NCBI GenBank assembly: GCA_033551855.1
Contig: JAWSUI010000013.1
Location: 1-64,000 of the forward strand
DNA from: Deferrisomatales bacterium
Lineage (GTDB): Bacteria; Desulfobacterota; Deferrisomatia; Deferrisomatales; JACRMM01
Direction: 5' to 3'
Length of the DNA: 64,000 nucleotides
Part shown: one piece after another, positions 61,489-64,000 of the stretch
Layout of the letters: each line of letters starts with the position of its first letter
Position numbering within the stretch: the stretch's first letter is position 1
Made by a program: the position numbers and the translations under genes
Notes under the pieces: generated by a model
Database searches by the model: none
Told to the model about the DNA's origin: nothing
Seen by the model: only the letters and a program-made list of their open reading frames with translations

Positions 61489-62958
61489 TCAGCATGGAGC
61501 TGCCGTCTCAGCCCCCAGCCTGGTGCCATCGTCCTGAATTTGAGGCTCATGCAGTGAACCCGCCTTTTCAAATCGCGCCCTGAGCAACGGTCGGTGACTC
61601 GGGTGTGCACACCCTTCGATGATCCTTACGGCCCTCTCTCTCGGGTCCGTGCCCCTAAGATCCGCCCATCCCTGCTCCGTCACGAGCACGTCCACCTCGT
61701 GTTCCGTGTGGTCACAGTGGCAGACTCGCGCGGTCACGGCGGATACGGCTCCTGCTCTTGCCGTTGAAGGAGTGGCGAAGACAGAAACCAGAGCATTTCG
61801 AGCGTACTCTATGGACCCTCCGACGCCGCTTACCAGTTTCCCGCCTTCCAGATGACTGGAGTTTGCGTGGCCGTAAACATCCACCTCTATGGCCGAGTTG
61901 ATCCCAATGCAGCCCAAGCGGCCGATCACCTCGGGGCTTGCCACCACGTCTACCGGTCTGATGATGAGCCGCTCTCGAATGGCCTCTAGATGTCGAGGCA
62001 ACCTCTCCAACACAGCCGCAGAGAGAAACAGGCCCGAGCCGGACACGGCTTCGATCCTGCCCGCTTCGAGCAGTTGCAGAGCTGCGTCGCCCAGAAGGGG
62101 CGAATGGAGCGAAATCGGCCCCCAGGGACCCTCGGTCATGGCCTCGACGACGGCATCTCCGAGCGCCCCCAGCCCCACCTGAAGGGGCGGCAGGGGCTTC
62201 GGCAGTCGGCCCTGATGCCACTCACCCTCGAGGAAGAGGCGAAGATTTCTCGCAATCGTCTCTTGCACCTCCCCGATGGGAGCGGGGGCAATCGGGTCCG
62301 GGGCCTCGTCGCTCTCCACGACGGCGACGATCTTTTCGGGATCGACGGGGATTCGGGGGACACCGACCCGGTCCAGCGGTTTCAATATCGGAATGGGCTT
62401 GGTCCGAGGGGGTGGGTCCAATACGAGGACGTCGTGGATTCCCTCCAATCCCAGGGGAAGCCAGTGGTTGACTTCCACCACCACGCGGTCCGCGAGGGCC
62501 ACCATGGTGGGTGCGTCGCCCAGGCACAGGCTGGGAATCAGGGTCCCGTCCTCAGCGATCCCCGCGACCTCAACGACGGCCACGTCGGGCCGGCCGAAGG
62601 CCCCGCTTCGCGCCTTTCGGCAGAATGCGCTGACTCCCCAGTCTGCGTAGGAGACCTGCCCTTGGTTGATGGCCTGGGTGAGATCCGGGTTCGCCTGCAT
62701 TCCCAACCTGCGGCGAAGTGCTCGGGCGCGTGCCAGGGCGCCGTCGACCGGATCACCCAGGGGAGCGATGGACCAGAGACACAATTCCCCCACGACACCA
62801 GCCTCTGCCCGTTCGGTCAGGGCCCGGAAGAAGGCTCGAGGATACCCTCCAGTGGTCGTCCCGGTGGTTGCCACCGTCCACCCGGATTGAACGAGGGCGG
62901 CGGCGTCTTCCGGGCTGCGCCGAACGCGTTCCAGTGCAGGGCATAGAATCCGGCTCAT
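61489..62958 (-). CDS. Acetyl-CoA hydrolase / succinyl-CoA:acetate CoA-transferase homologue lacking the catalytic Glu
   Basis: EGIHD, IPI....DRVG, PEVIGRLG..INSA.EVD.YG.ANS, DHTEH.VD.LVTEQG.ADLRG, AHP; HSPLLGD replaces YxEVIQD. Confidence 0.85.
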   Translation of the reverse strand: MSRILCPALERVRRSPEDAAALVQSGWTVATTGTTTGGYPRAFFRALTERAEAGVVGELCLWSIAPLGDPVDGALARARALRRRLGMQANPDLTQAINQGQVSYADWGVSAFCRKARSGAFGRPDVAVVEVAGIAEDGTLIPSLCLGDAPTMVALADRVVVEVNHWLPLGLEGIHDVLVLDPPPRTKPIPILKPLDRVGVPRIPVDPEKIVAVVESDEAPDPIAPAPIGEVQETIARNLRLFLEGEWHQGRLPKPLPPLQVGLGALGDAVVEAMTEGPWGPISLHSPLLGDAALQLLEAGRIEAVSGSGLFLSAAVLERLPRHLEAIRERLIIRPVDVVASPEVIGRLGCIGINSAIEVDVYGHANSSHLEGGKLVSGVGGSIEYARNALVSVFATPSTARAGAVSAVTARVCHCDHTEHEVDVLVTEQGWADLRGTDPRERAVRIIEGCAHPSHRPLLRARFEKAGSLHEPQIQDDGTRLGAETAAPC

Positions 62959-63833
62959 GGCTTACGGCCCAGAGCCTCGCCGACCCGCAGCGCCACTTCT
63001 TCAGGGGTCCGGGCCACCGGGACCCCGGCTCCCTGGAGTGCCTGCTCCTTGGAAGCATAGGAGCCGCGTCCGCCTGAGATGATCGCCCCGGCGTGGCCCA
63101 TTGCCTTCCCCTCGGGGGCGGTGCGACCCGCGATGATGGCGACCACTGGCTTGCTCACGTGAGCAGCGATGTACTCCGCCGCCTCTTCTTCGCAGCTGCG
63201 GCCAATCTCACCCACCAGCACGATGGCCTCTGTCTGCGGGTCGGCCTCGAAGCGCTCCAGCATGTCCACGAAACCCACGCCGGTGATAGGGTCCCCTCCG
63301 ATTCCGACGCACGTCGTTTGCCCGAGACCGGCCAGGGTGAGGGCGTGGGCCACCGCGTAACTGAATGTGCCGCTCCGGGAGACAAGGCCGACGGGCCCTG
63401 GCATGTAGATCGAACCCGGCAGGAAGCCGATCGAGCAACCGTCGGTAGAGAGAAGGCCCGGGCTGTTGGGACCGATGACCGTGGCTCCGCAATCCCGGAT
63501 CAGAGGCATGAGGAGCATCATGTCGCGGACCGGAACCCCTTCCACCACGGCCGCCACGAGAGGGATTCCTGCCTCCAAGTCCTCGGCGATCGCCTGGGCC
63601 GTGTAAGGACCGGGAACGAAGGTGATCGCGGCGTCGGCACCCCCGTGGCGAACCGCCTCGGCTACCGTGTCGTAGACGGGGACGCCATTTACGGTGCTCC
63701 CACCGCGCCCCGGCGTGACGCCGGCGACGATGCGGGTGCCATATTCGAGCATCCTGGCGGTGTGGTAGCGGCCGAAGGTACCTGTGATGCCTTGGGCGAC
63801 GACGCGGGTGTTTCGGTTGACGAGGATGCTCAA
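62955..63833 (-). CDS. Succinyl-CoA synthetase alpha-like subunit
   Basis: MSILV...QGITG, GVTPG, IGPN.PG, SRSGT, GIGGD, GEIG, MGHAGA (phospho-His). Confidence 0.92.
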   Translation of the reverse strand: MSILVNRNTRVVAQGITGTFGRYHTARMLEYGTRIVAGVTPGRGGSTVNGVPVYDTVAEAVRHGGADAAITFVPGPYTAQAIAEDLEAGIPLVAAVVEGVPVRDMMLLMPLIRDCGATVIGPNSPGLLSTDGCSIGFLPGSIYMPGPVGLVSRSGTFSYAVAHALTLAGLGQTTCVGIGGDPITGVGFVDMLERFEADPQTEAIVLVGEIGRSCEEEAAEYIAAHVSKPVVAIIAGRTAPEGKAMGHAGAIISGGRGSYASKEQALQGAGVPVARTPEEVALRVGEALGRKP

Positions 63834-64000
63834 GACGTGTCCTTCCTGGGCGCATTCCCCAGCCTTCGCGTCCAGAGGCGTACCTGCGCGATGCGACGCT
63901 CGGGAGCCGCGACCCTACTTTTCGCGCCTCCCCCTGGCTTCGCTTCGCAATTGTTGGGTTTCCCGCTCATCCACGGCATGGTCCTCGTCCAGAGCGACCC

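Overview
High-GC bacterial DNA. Gene content and order (three-part glutamate synthase, rpmE-thyX-prfA-prmC-murA-his, Sec-MvhD, sigma54 promoters) suggest an anaerobic deltaproteobacterium-type organism; this is an inference. There are three zones. (1) Positions 1 to about 28000 are an accessory, partly decayed region. It holds REP-like hairpins, metal/stress envelope genes and a complete N-type ATPase set (atpDCQRBEFA...G). atpG is displaced about 5.8 kb downstream of atpA and overlaps an HPF/RaiA gene that follows a baeRF3 (aeRF1-like) gene. The zone also carries a Pat-type acyl-CoA ligase/GNAT fusion, cls, a 183-bp MITE with a 9-bp target duplication inside a DUF2845-like pseudogene, and a lower-GC module encoding a probable selenoprotein (MvhD/BamF-like, in-frame TGA). 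(2) About 28000-56900 is mostly core genes: glt (with a sigma54 promoter and three TGC-N11-GCA sites), his, murA, prmC, prfA, thyX, rpmE, rex, trmFO, comM/yifB and rsmI, plus a transketolase homologue that has lost several catalytic residues. (3) About 56900-64000 is a lower-GC catabolic operon: SucD-like, CoA-transferase-like lacking the catalytic Glu, SucC-like, non-canonical alpha/beta hydrolase, maleate-isomerase-like and PreA-like reductase. I cannot match it to a known pathway. No rRNA, tRNA or CRISPR array was seen. All family calls come from motif recognition by eye, not database searches.
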